NCBI GenBank assembly: GCA_050613775.1
Contig: JBODTK010000128.1
Span: forward strand, 62,001-126,000
Reading direction: 5' to 3'
DNA length: 64,000 nt
Source: Neocallimastix sp. 'constans'
Taxonomy: Eukaryota
How positions within the stretch are numbered: the stretch's first letter is position 1; every line of letters begins with the position of its first letter. Positions 42,240-58,000 of this stretch are shown here, piece by piece. The position numbers and the translations under genes were made by a program. The notes beneath the pieces were generated by a model that made no database searches, was not told the origin of the DNA, and saw nothing but the letters and a program-made list of their open reading frames with translations.

Positions 42240-42447
42240 GTACATTTTTTCCTGAGATAACTATTTTAATTTTTGTATGGTTTTCGTTAAAATTGATATT
42301 TGAATCATTATCTGCGTTTTGTATAAAATCACTAAATTCTTCTTCATCATCCAATGAATTTAACCACCATAATCCAATTGCAACCAACGTTGCAACAGTA
42401 ACACCTCCAACAAATTTATAAAACAAATTTCTAGATTTTTCGGTCAT
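41670..42447 (-). CDS. PEX22: Peroxin 22-like membrane anchor of Pex4, 204 aa; exons 42244-42447 and 41670-42080
   Basis: N-terminal TM (FVGGVTVATLVAIGLWWL), then FDIYIVIQVKDENEQNEI...IFKTGILNINKVLFCSTAPGKGHIARHIEPYIFIDDNVETIENFSKFI. This matches the plant-type PEX22 pattern KVLFCSTxxGxxxxxRxLEPxxHID. Confidence 0.8.
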
Positions 42448-42474
42448 TTTATAATTTCAAAAATTTATATTTTT

Positions 42475-42508
<34 letters not shown>

Positions 42509-42852
42509 TAAACTATATACATAAATATATGATATGTATACATATAAATTTTAAAGATAGTTTTTTAAATAAATTAAAAAAGGAAAATTTATTAAAAAAA
42601 ATAAAAAAATAAATATCATCATTATATAAATGCTTCGCATTTTATTGAAAAAAATTTTTTTATTAATTAACAATAATTAAATTATTAATTTAATTTATAA
42701 TTATAATTATATTTCTTTTTTATATTTCTTTTTTTTTTTTTTTTATAATTATTTTTTTTTATTTTATATATATATATTTCTAAATTTAGTAAAATAATAT
42801 TTACTTTTTTTTACTAATTTACAATTGAGCAGTATCAAAGATTGAAACAAAA

Positions 42853-46648
<3,796 letters not shown>

Positions 46649-47124
46649 TTTTTTTTAAAAAAAAAAAAGAAAAAGAAAAAGAAAAAAAAAAAGAACAAGG
46701 AATGAATTAAATGTACTATATACATATATATAAAAATAATAATAATTATAATAATAATAAAATATTTAATTTAATATATATATACATATATATGTATTTT
46801 TAGAGACATAGAATATGTAAATATTTATATTCGGAATAAATAAATAAATAATAAATAAATAATGATAATAATCATAAAAAAAAAAAAAAAAAATTAAATT
46901 AAATTAAATAAACAAAAACAAAAAAAAAAAAACAAAAAAAAAAAAAAAAAAAAAAAAAGACTTTTTTTTTTTTTTTTTGAATAATATTGAAATAATATTA
47001 TATTTTATTAAAAATAACTTATTTTTTTTTTTTTTTTATTTTTTGTTTAAAAAATTACAATTTTTTAAAATATTAGAATTAAAATAAATAATATATATAT
47101 ATTATATATATGAAAAAAAATAAA

Positions 47125-47168
<44 letters not shown>

Positions 47169-47329
47169 TAATGTATTATTTAATGTATTATATACTATTA
47201 TAAAGTATTAAAATTAATTAAAGTTTACTTTTCTTTATTTAAAATATAATTAGATTTAAAACACTTAAATGTATTTAATTTAATGAATAAATTAAATGTT
47301 AATAGATATAAATTCCTTTATTATTATTA

Positions 47330-47734
47330 TTACATTTCCCTTGGAGGTTGTTGTTGTTGTTGTTGTTGTTGTAATCTTGCCATTTGGAGCCTTCTTATTA
47401 TTCATATTATTATGATAATTGTTATTTTTTTTTAAAAAAATAAAAAAAAAAAAAAAGTTTAAATATTTTAAATCAATTATCAATATTATAAAATAAAATA
47501 TAAAATATAAAATATAAAATATAAAATATAAAATATAAAATAATAAAATATAAAAATAAAATATATATATATATATATATATATAAAAAAAATAAAAAAT
47601 AAAATAAATATTTTAAAGTATATTATTATTAATTAATAATATACTTACTGAAGCATCATTAATTGTTGTTGTGGTGTGGTTTGTTGTGGTGGTCTTTGTT
47701 GTTGCATTAACATATCTATTAATTAAATTTTTAT

Positions 47735-47773
<39 letters not shown>

Positions 47774-48619
47774 GATTAATGATTAATGATTAATGATTAA
47801 TAAAATAAAATAAAGAATATATATATATATATATATATAATTACTTTGATAAGTTAATTGTTGTTGTAGAATCATAGGATTTTGATGAATTTGTAATTGC
47901 TGTAGAGCTAATGGAAATTGAATTCTTTGATTTTGAAGATTTGCTACAGGAACTTCTGTTGTTGCAACTTGGAATGGATGAACCATTCCTAAGGCTGATG
48001 GTGTTGCAGATAATGCGATATGTGATGTTGGTGGTTGAGTTTGACCTTGTATTACTTGTGCGGCATGTGCTGCTTGAGCGGCTTGAGCAACTTGAACAGC
48101 TTGAGCAGCCTGTGCTGCCTGTGCTGCCTTTACTATGTGAGCTTGACCTGGGGTTAATCCTATTTGACCAGCATGACTTTGAATTAATTGAGGATTTGCT
48201 TTTAATTGCTGAAGTGCTTGATTTTGAAGTACTTGATTTTGAAGTGCTTGAGTTTGAATTGCTTGAGCTTTTGTTCTTGAACGAGGAGAAAGATTTTGAT
48301 TTATAAATGATTGCTGTTGTTGTTGCTGTTGCTGTTGTTGTTGCTGTTGTTGTGGTATAATTTGATCTATTAAACATGTAATTGGGTATTCTATAAATAC
48401 AATAGCATATAATACTTGTTTAGTTTGAAATAGTAATAAACCTTGATTATCTTTTAATTCTTTAGTATTACTAAAACGTATTAAACCAAACTTAATAAAA
48501 TAAATATAAAACAATAAATAAAAGAAAAGAATATTAATAATTAATAATTAATTATAACATACTTAAATAAAATAATAATAATAATAATTAATAATTAATA
48601 ATTAATTATAACATATTTA

Positions 48620-48697
<78 letters not shown>

Positions 48698-50755
48698 GTT
48701 GTTGTTGTTGTTGTTATAATTTGTAAGAGATTATAATATTATTGATATAAAAATAATTTTTTTTTTTTGTTTGTTTGTTTGTTTCTTTTTTTTTACCAAT
48801 TGATTTTTAGATAAATTGTTAACTAAATTTGTATAACTTGCTTCATCATGATCTTGAGGTTTAAATATTACAAATGGCATTAATTTTTTATTAGCTTCGA
48901 TAAATTTTGATATATCACCACTTAAAATTTGTTCAATGACTAATTTTTGTGGCCATGAATTAAATAAACTTTTTTTTTTTTTTTTTTTTTAATAATAATG
49001 AAAATAATTAAATATATAAATTATTAATAAATATAATAATAATAATAATAATAATAATATATATATATATATATATTTAAAAAATATACTTTTCCTTTAT
49101 TTAATTTTTTAATTTTTTTTTTTTTTTTATTTTTTTTTTTTTAATATAATTTATCATAATATATATAATTATTTATTTTAATACTTACTAATCTTCAATT
49201 TTAATTTGTACTTCACTTAAAATGTGAGGTTCAGCAATTAAATTAATTGTTTCACCACTATAACTAAGTTGTCCTTTCCACTGACCAATTGATGATATAA
49301 GGTTTTGTTTTTGAGCTTGAGCTTGAGCTTGAGCTTGTGCCTGAACTTGAGTATTAACTTGAGCTTGGGTTTGGGCTTGAACTTTAACCTGAGCCTGAGC
49401 CTGTGCTTTGGCTTGTGCTTGTACTTGTGCTTGTACTGATTGAACTTGTTGAGTGAGAGTTACACCTTTATTTTGTAAAGAAGTTTTTTGAGCTTGACCT
49501 TGCTTTTGTTGATTTTCTTTTTGTTGATTTAACATTTTTTGAGCTATTGCTTGTTTCATCCTAGCAGCATTTGAAATATTTTGTTGTTGTAATATTTGAT
49601 TACCTTGAATTCCTTGATTACCTTGAGCCTTTTTCGCCATTTCCAATTTAATTTGTCTTTGTATAAATATTTGTTTTTGTTGTAGTGGTAAGTTTTGAAA
49701 ACGTGGATCATCTAACAATTTTGCCGCGGTTGCAGTAAGAGTTACATTATTATTAATAACACCAGGTGTAGTTATACTTGGATTCATAACAGGACTAATA
49801 TTCTTATTGGTAACAGCTGGACTTGGAAATGTTGGATTACCAGTTGTTACTACCGGATTAGCTATCTTGGAAGAAGATGAAGTATTTGATGAAATAGATG
49901 AAGCTTTAACTGGTGTTGTAACACCAGAAGACTTAGCACTACCTTGTACATTAGTATTTGAAAGCGTTACTGCTGGATTAGTAACAGTTTTATTTGATAT
50001 TATATTTGGTGTATTTGGTGTAGAAATCTTCTTGTTATTTGTAATTTTAGAAGTTGCTGTAGATGAAACGGAAGAAGAATTTATTGTGGATGAAGCTACA
50101 TTTATAGCACCAGAAACGGAAGTTTTTGTAGGCGTAGTAACAACAGAAGCGTTATTAATTTTATTAGGTGTTTTAGCTTCTTGTTTAATTACGGTACTAC
50201 TATTATTATTACTTTTTACATTATTAACGTTAAATAATGAATTAGGCTGTGATGATGTATTCATTTCTACAGATGAAGCTGGTGAAGCTACCGAAGATGA
50301 AATTTGTGTTTTATTAATATAATTTTGATGTTTCTTTTGTTGTTCTTCGATAAATTTCAATTGTTTAATATTTTCTACGTTTTTCTTTTCATTTTGTAAT
50401 GGTATATGTACAAGTTCTTTATTTATTTCTTTTCTAATTGTTACTGGCGTTTGTGGTTTTTCTTTGGTTTCAACAATTTTTGTTATTTCCTGTTTAGAAT
50501 GAATTACGTTTGAATTTGGTAATTTCAAAGTTTCTTTCTCATCTATAATACATATAAGAATATATGGAATTAATTTTTAAATTTTATTAGTATATATAAA
50601 ATTGAAATTCTAAAATTTTAATTAACATACTTCTGGATTCAAATTCAGCAAATAACTTTGGGGGTGTTCTGAGACCATCCAATCTTACTATATATTGCTT
50701 ATCCTCATAAATTCTTCCTTTATTATTACTAATCTACATATAATATTTCCAATTT

Positions 50756-50808
<53 letters not shown>

Positions 50809-51005
50809 TTTATTCGTTTATATTAATTAATAAAAAAAAAATAAATAATAATAATAATATAATTCTTTTATAAAATTTCTACCTTTTCTAATATATTATT
50901 ATCCGGGTCTATACTTTCAACGGTAGTAAAAACCGATATATCAATGGAATTCTATTGCAAATGAAAATTATACTTAGTTTTAATATCATCATCATATGCT
51001 AATTT

Positions 51006-51047
<42 letters not shown>

Positions 51048-52080
51048 ATTATTATATAAAAATGTATATATATATATAAATAACCTTTTTATATTCTTCT
51101 ATTATGGTTTCAATATCTTTTCTAAAATATTTTCTTGAGTATCTAACTTTTGTATTGTAATACGCTGTATTACTTATTATTAAACAATATTTTTTTAATT
51201 TTTCATTTTTATATTTATCGTCTTCAAATATCTTTTTTTAAATTTGTAAATAAATTTTATATATATATATATATTTAAATATTTTTGTAAATATTTTTTG
51301 AGCTTTTTTTTTTTTTTTTTTTTTTTTTGATATATTTTACTAATAATAATAATAATAATAAAATAGTAATCACTTCTAAAGCTGTTGCTAAACCTTCTCC
51401 TAAAGCATTTCTTAATATACCTCCATCTCTCATTTTTATTGATTTTATTTTTTTTATTATAGTTTCATAGTCATCACAATTTTGTCCTTTATATATAGTT
51501 TTCGCTGAATTTGATGGATAATCATTATATATAACATAGTTAAATATTGTATTCTTTTTATTATTATTATTTATATAATTTTTGCCGTTGTTGATATAAT
51601 ATATTATTAATAATATTAAATGTTTCAAAAAATAATTAATTTTGATAATTATAATAATTATATAAAATGTTTTTTCATTAATAATTTCAATATATATATG
51701 AAATTTAAAAATAAAAAAAAAATTAATAAAAAATATTTTTATAAACCTATATGAAATATATATATATATATATTTATGTATATAAAATAAAAAGTATACT
51801 TTTGAAATTTTTCCTGTTAAATCGTTCTCACTTTTTTTTTTTAATATAAATTATTTATATATATATATAATAATATAATAGATGTTTAACAAATTTTAAT
51901 AATAAATTAATATATTAAATAATTGTAAAATAAATAAAAAAAAAAAAAAAAAAAAAAGATATATTATTTTTCATACTTAATAATTGGGTTTAAGTAATTA
52001 AGAAATTTCTCTATATGGCAGGTCATAGTACCTGAACCATCAATCACTATAATAATTTGATTTTCTATTCCAGTTGACAT
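47330..52080 (-). CDS. MED25: Mediator subunit 25 (VWA domain + ACID/PTOV domain + Gln-rich regions); about 11 exons
   Basis: VWA: IIIVIDGSGTM...YLNPII...YVIYND...IKMRDGGILRNALGEGLATALEIFE...YCLIISN. ACID: WKGQLSY...SWPQKLVIEQI...FVIFKP...FGLIRF...GLLLFQTKQVLYAIVF. Stop TAA at 47330-47332. Confidence 0.8.
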
Positions 52081-52318
52081 ATTGAATAAATTACTTATAT
52101 TAAAATGTCCTAATTTTTTATTCTTTTTTTTTTTTATAATTACTAATACATATATAACCTTTAATATTAGATATATTTTATATTATTATTAATATGTTTT
52201 TAAAAAGGAAAAAAAAAAATAATATTTATAAATAATTATTAATTAGTATCAAACATTATTAAATTACTTCAAATATATATTATAAAATTTAAAATTACAT
52301 CTATTAAATTAAGTTATC

Positions 52319-52391
<73 letters not shown>

Positions 52392-53339
52392 TTAAAATAA
52401 TATCATTTAAAATGTTACCTATACATATACATATAATAATTTAATAAAAAATAAAATAAAAAAAATCAAATATTTAAAAAAAATATATATATATATATAA
52501 AAATAAAAAAGTCAAATAAATAACTAGATAAAATACACGTGATTTTTTTTTTTTTTTTTTTAATAATTATTCTAATTTTTATTTTTGTTTTAAACTTTTT
52601 TTTTTTTGATTAATTGATCAAAAGAAAATTTTTCATAATGTTAAAACTGATATTAATACTATTAAAAAAAATTAAAATAATAATAATAAAGAAAATATGA
52701 ATTTAAATAAATAATATATTATTATAAAAATTTTACTCATATAATAATTTATGTCTATTTTCATAAAAATTTGGTCATATTATGAAATTAATATTTATCA
52801 ATAAAATCGTTATTCCAAAAAAAAAAAAAGATAAAATTTTATTAATAATAAAAAATAAAATATAATTTACTAGTTAAATAATAGACATAAATATTATTTA
52901 TTTTTTGTTATATTGATATTTTATTATTTATTTATTATTTTAAATAATATATATTGTATTAACATGTACAAGTTTTAAAAAGTTTATTCTTCTAAATAAG
53001 TTTTAGCCTTTATTATCTCTCAAGATATATAGATTATCATAACTCATGACATATATTATATTTACAAGTTCATTTTATTTGACAATTTAACCTTCCTTAA
53101 AGTTAATTTATAACATTTTTGTTATCATCCATTTACAATTACAGTTAAAATATTTGAACCTCTTTTTCAAAAAAAGGTTGATTTCTAAAAAAAATATATA
53201 TATATATATCCATCTCTAAACTCTTATAATTTTTTATGTTTTTTGGAGTTTTATTATATTTTTTTTTTTTTAATTCGAAATATAAATTTTATATAATAAT
53301 AATTAATTATGATAATAATTAATAAAATTTAATTTCAAG

Positions 53340-53680
53340 TAATAAAAGTTTCGATTATTCTTTATCAAGTTGCGATGTGGATCAATAAAAATAAATAATT
53401 TTCATGTGGATAAAAAGTAGGACATAAAAAAGTATCCAATGGGTAAAAACTAGTTATGATGTTACTTAACATCACACCGAGGGCAGTATGTTGGGTAATC
53501 TTCTGATACCAGCTTGCTTTATACAAAAAATTTCATATTAAATTTGAATCCACATTTAATTCGTTCTTCAGTGTACCACATAGAAGGTGACAACGTCCCT
53601 GAAGGGAAATAAAATTGTTTTTTTTTTTTTTTTTTAGATTGAAGAGAGAATACGCTCCCAGTGCTTTATTATATAGATAA
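53340..53680 (-). mobile_element. Decayed LINE-like ORF2 fragment with CCHC zinc knuckle
   Basis: Minus-strand remnant RIKCGFKFNMKFFV*SKLVSEDYPTYCPRC...FTHWIL(fs)LCPTF, i.e. C-x2-C...H-x4-C. Confidence 0.6.
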
Positions 53681-53791
53681 TGATATTTCTATGTACTACA
53701 TTTTCAATAAAAAAAAATATATATATATATATTATTATATAATTTAAAAATAAAATTTAATGTATTTAAAGATTAAGTAAAAAATTAATAA

Positions 53792-53822
<31 letters not shown>

Positions 53823-54217
53823 GTTTAAATAATTGTAGAAATTGTTATATGAATATGTAACATTTTAAATAATATTATTTTAAAATAAACATGGTTAAAT
53901 TTCATATACAACATTAATAACTGATAGATTATTAATAAACAATAATAAATAATATCAAAAAATATAATAATAAATACTAATAATAGCAATAGTAATAATA
54001 ATAATAATAATAGTAATAATAATAACAATAATAATAATAATAAGCAAATGGAATATATAATGAAAATAGACTAGCTAATAAAAAAGGGGAAAAAATTTAA
54101 TTAAAAATAAAATTTTTATAATGATAATAATTAAAAATAATAAGTAAAAAATATTTTTTTTAAATAAAATTATATATTATGATATATTATTTATTTATTA
54201 TGATGATAATTGAAATA

Positions 54218-54290
<73 letters not shown>

Positions 54291-55040
54291 TTTTTTTTTA
54301 GTTTTTGTTTTTTGTTTGGTTTGGTTTGGTTTGTTTTTATTTTTATTAATGATTAAATATAGTATAAAAATTAATTACATATGTTAATATTTTTTCTTAA
54401 TTAATATTAGTTTAAAAAAAAATTATTTCCCTAATATATGTTTTATATAAAATATGTTATATATGTTTGATTAATTATGCTATATGTAAATAAAAAAAAA
54501 AAAAAAAAGTTAATAATGATTTTTATTCAATTTTACTATACATATTTTTCTTTTTTAATAATTTATTATAAAATATTAATAAAGAAAAATATACTAATAA
54601 TTAAATTCCTTTTTTATTATAATTTTTTTTTTATATTTTATAATTTTTTGTTTGCTTGCTTCTTCTTTATATATTTATAGATATTATTATTATTATTTTT
54701 TTTTTTTTTTTATTTTTTTTTATTTATTTATCAATTTATTAATTTATTATTATAAAATTTTATCTTATTTTTTTATTTTTTTATTTTTTTATTTTTTTAT
54801 TTTTTTATTTTTTTTTTTCTTTTTTCCTTATATATATATATATTTTTTATTCTTAAATATTCATTTTTTAATACTTCTTAATAAAAATGAAATTTAAATA
54901 AAATAAAATAAAAATAAAAAAAAAGGAAAAAGGAAAAATAAAAATTAACAAATAAATATATGTGTGCGTGCGTGTGCGTATTTATTTATAAAAATATATG
55001 TATATTATATTATTATAAAAATTAATATGTATCTATGTAT

Positions 55041-58000
55041 CTATTGAATTATTTTTTCAATGGCTTCTTTCCATTCATATAGTTCATTCTTTAACCCCAT
55101 TAAATAGATCATAACTTGACCATCACAAACGGTTAACATTTGTATTCCATTTTCGGTAACTATATCTACTTGACAACCCGGGTTTAAAATAGAATTTGGT
55201 AAATGACCAATTTTTGGCTTTACTAATTCCATTATACGGACTAATTCGTTTGTTGAAGATAAAACTTCAATTAAATTATTATTAATTAAATATACGCGTT
55301 CCCAAATAGCACTTGATGGATTAATTAAAATATTACTAGCATTATCTAAATCGTTTGATGTGAGTGAATTTATGAATTCTGAATTTATGCCAGAAGTATC
55401 TTCAATGGTAGATAGAGTACGTTTTAACGTCACATTTTTATTATTATTATTATTATTACTATTAGCAGTAGCAGCAGTAGTAGTAGTAGTAGTTAAAGTA
55501 TTATCATTATTATTAACATTATTATTATTATTATTATCATCATCATCATTATTATTATTATCACTAATATTGTCATCATGATTATTATAATTATTTGTCT
55601 TACTTAATAGTTTATTCTTTTTTATCATATCTCCATTAATTTTATCATTAACTAACATTTTAATAAATGGTGGTGATAAGGATTCAAGAGATGAACGTCT
55701 TCTATTCTTTCTTCTTCGAATAGAAGAAGGTGGTGAAGAAGCAGCAGAAGAAGTATAAGAATTTGAAGATTTTGACATTTTCATGACTGTATTATAAATC
55801 ATAGGTGATACTGAATTTAAAGATACTGAAGAAAAAGTATTATTAATATTAACATTATTATTAGTAGAATCGTTTTTCATTTCGCTTTCAGAATTAGAGA
55901 CAGAATTAACGGCTTTCATTGCAACACGTTGTGCTCTTAAAGCTGGTGAATTCGAAAAGTCAGAAGGTTCACGTACACCATGCCTTGGCTTTCTATTAGA
56001 CTTTGAATTTGTATTGGAAGTTGGATTACATTGTTTAACCTTATAAATTTGGAATTGACCTTCCTTTATTAATTTAAGATCCTCTAATTTAGTTAAATTT
56101 TGAAGTTTAACAAAGAACTCAACCTTCGTTTTAGCTGGAACGGTATCTAGGAGTAAACGTTTATTATGAGCACTAGAGGAAGATTTTATCATCTTAGAAT
56201 GAACATTTGAAGAACAGAGACGAACATTACTAATTAATTCAATAACACGCTTCTTTTCTTCGAAACGACGAATTCTTTCATTACATTGTTCAACAACCAT
56301 TCGAATAGCTTCTTTAGCCCTATTTAAATCACGATATTCTTTATCAGTTTCTAATGTATTCTTTAAAAGTTGCTCAAGAAGTAAAAGATAACGTGGTAAA
56401 CGTTGAACTGGTAAAAGAAGATATCCTTGAAGACTCATTTGCGTATGTTCCGGTTGACCACAAACCCATTGAAGGAATGTTTTGAATTTCTTTAAACGTT
56501 TCTTATTTTCCTTTTTAAAGATAGCTTCCTTTGGTTTATTATTAACGATAGAAGTTGAAAAACGACTAGATTTTGAATTTTGAATACGAGTTAAAAAGTT
56601 ATTTGCCATATTAGAATTGGTATAATATTCCCCATATAAATTAGCTAGTACAGGTGCATTTAATTGGAAAAATGAACCTACAGAAGGTGGAGGTACAATA
56701 GATTTATTACGATCTGGGAAACATGATTTTTCTAAACGTGGAGCAAAAACTTCATTATGAAAATCAAATATATCACGTAAATTACCAAAAAGAATTCGAT
56801 ATTCTTGCATATCTAAGAAATGACCTGGAACAGTATCCAACGGATCTAAATAAAGATGAACAATACTTGCCAACTCTTTTACATACGTTTTTTCAGTATG
56901 AAATAGTTCCTCAACAATCTTTTCACGTTTAAAAGCTAATGATTGAGCTTTACTTACTGGAAAACTTGGACTTTTCATTAATTTATCTGGAGAATTCATT
57001 ACATTGTTGTTATTATCACTACTATTTTTAACGTTGTTGTTACCACTATTGTCGTTATTATTTCTAATATCTAGGGAAGGTACAGATAATCTTGGAGAGG
57101 GTTTTGTTCCTACAATAGAAGAAAGAGAGGATACTGGTTTCAAATTTTTAACTGCTTTAAATAAATCACTATGAGCATTTTTAAGGAATTTCTCCTTTAC
57201 AAAAATCATGGATTGACTACGAAGAGGTTCTCTTTTTTGATCATTTTTTTCTTGAATCTTATTAAACTTTTGACGAAGTTCAGTAGAAACTTCTTGTGAT
57301 AAAGATACTTCATTTTCTACTTCTTCCTCTTTATCATCTAAAAAACTATCATCCGGTTGACTATGTGACCTTCTATGACCTCCGGTAAAGCTAATGTTCA
57401 TTGATTGATTACCAAGATTTTCATCAAAATCCATTTTATCAAACTCACTAGAATCAGATGTGGATATACTTACCAAATCATCAGAAACCATAGAATTTGT
57501 TTTTTGTTTTCTTTGACTTAAAGAATATTTAAGAGAATGTGTTCTTGGATTAGCTTGAGGAGCTTGCGAAGGAAGTGAAACACTTTCACTTCCATTAGTA
57601 TTATTATCTTCTTCTAAAGTCTTACTAGATTTTCTTTGTTGACTTGTTTGTTTTTCAAAAAGTTCTATTAAATTATTAACGCTAACATTATCCTTTACAA
57701 TTGGATCATTAATACTACCATTTGAAGTTGTTGAACCACGATGTGAACGACGACCACTACCATTATCCATACCATAACGCATAATGCTATTGTTTCCTAC
57801 CTTAATATCATTTTTATTATTTTCATGATTTTGACGATGAACAGGTCTAAAGAAGGAATAAGATGAATCCATAACAACAGTATCAGAATAAAGTGTTTTT
57901 GTAATGATACGACTTTCATCATATGGAGAAGTAGGTTTATTGCTTATATTTCCTTCTTGTTCTTCTTGATCCACTTTTTTCATTGGTATTTCTAAATCAT

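Noticed and set aside
51791..51799. U12-like donor GTATACTTT in MED25
   Set aside because: Mismatch at the critical +5 C and no TCCTTAA branch site near the acceptor; treated as a U2 intron.
52536..52541. E-box CACGTG about 450 bp upstream of MED25
   Set aside because: Single hexamer without supporting context.
53456..53506. Possible C/D box snoRNA (ATGATG...CTGA) in a GC-richer island
   Set aside because: Short, with an imperfect C box and no convincing guide; better explained by the minus-strand LINE zinc-knuckle remnant.
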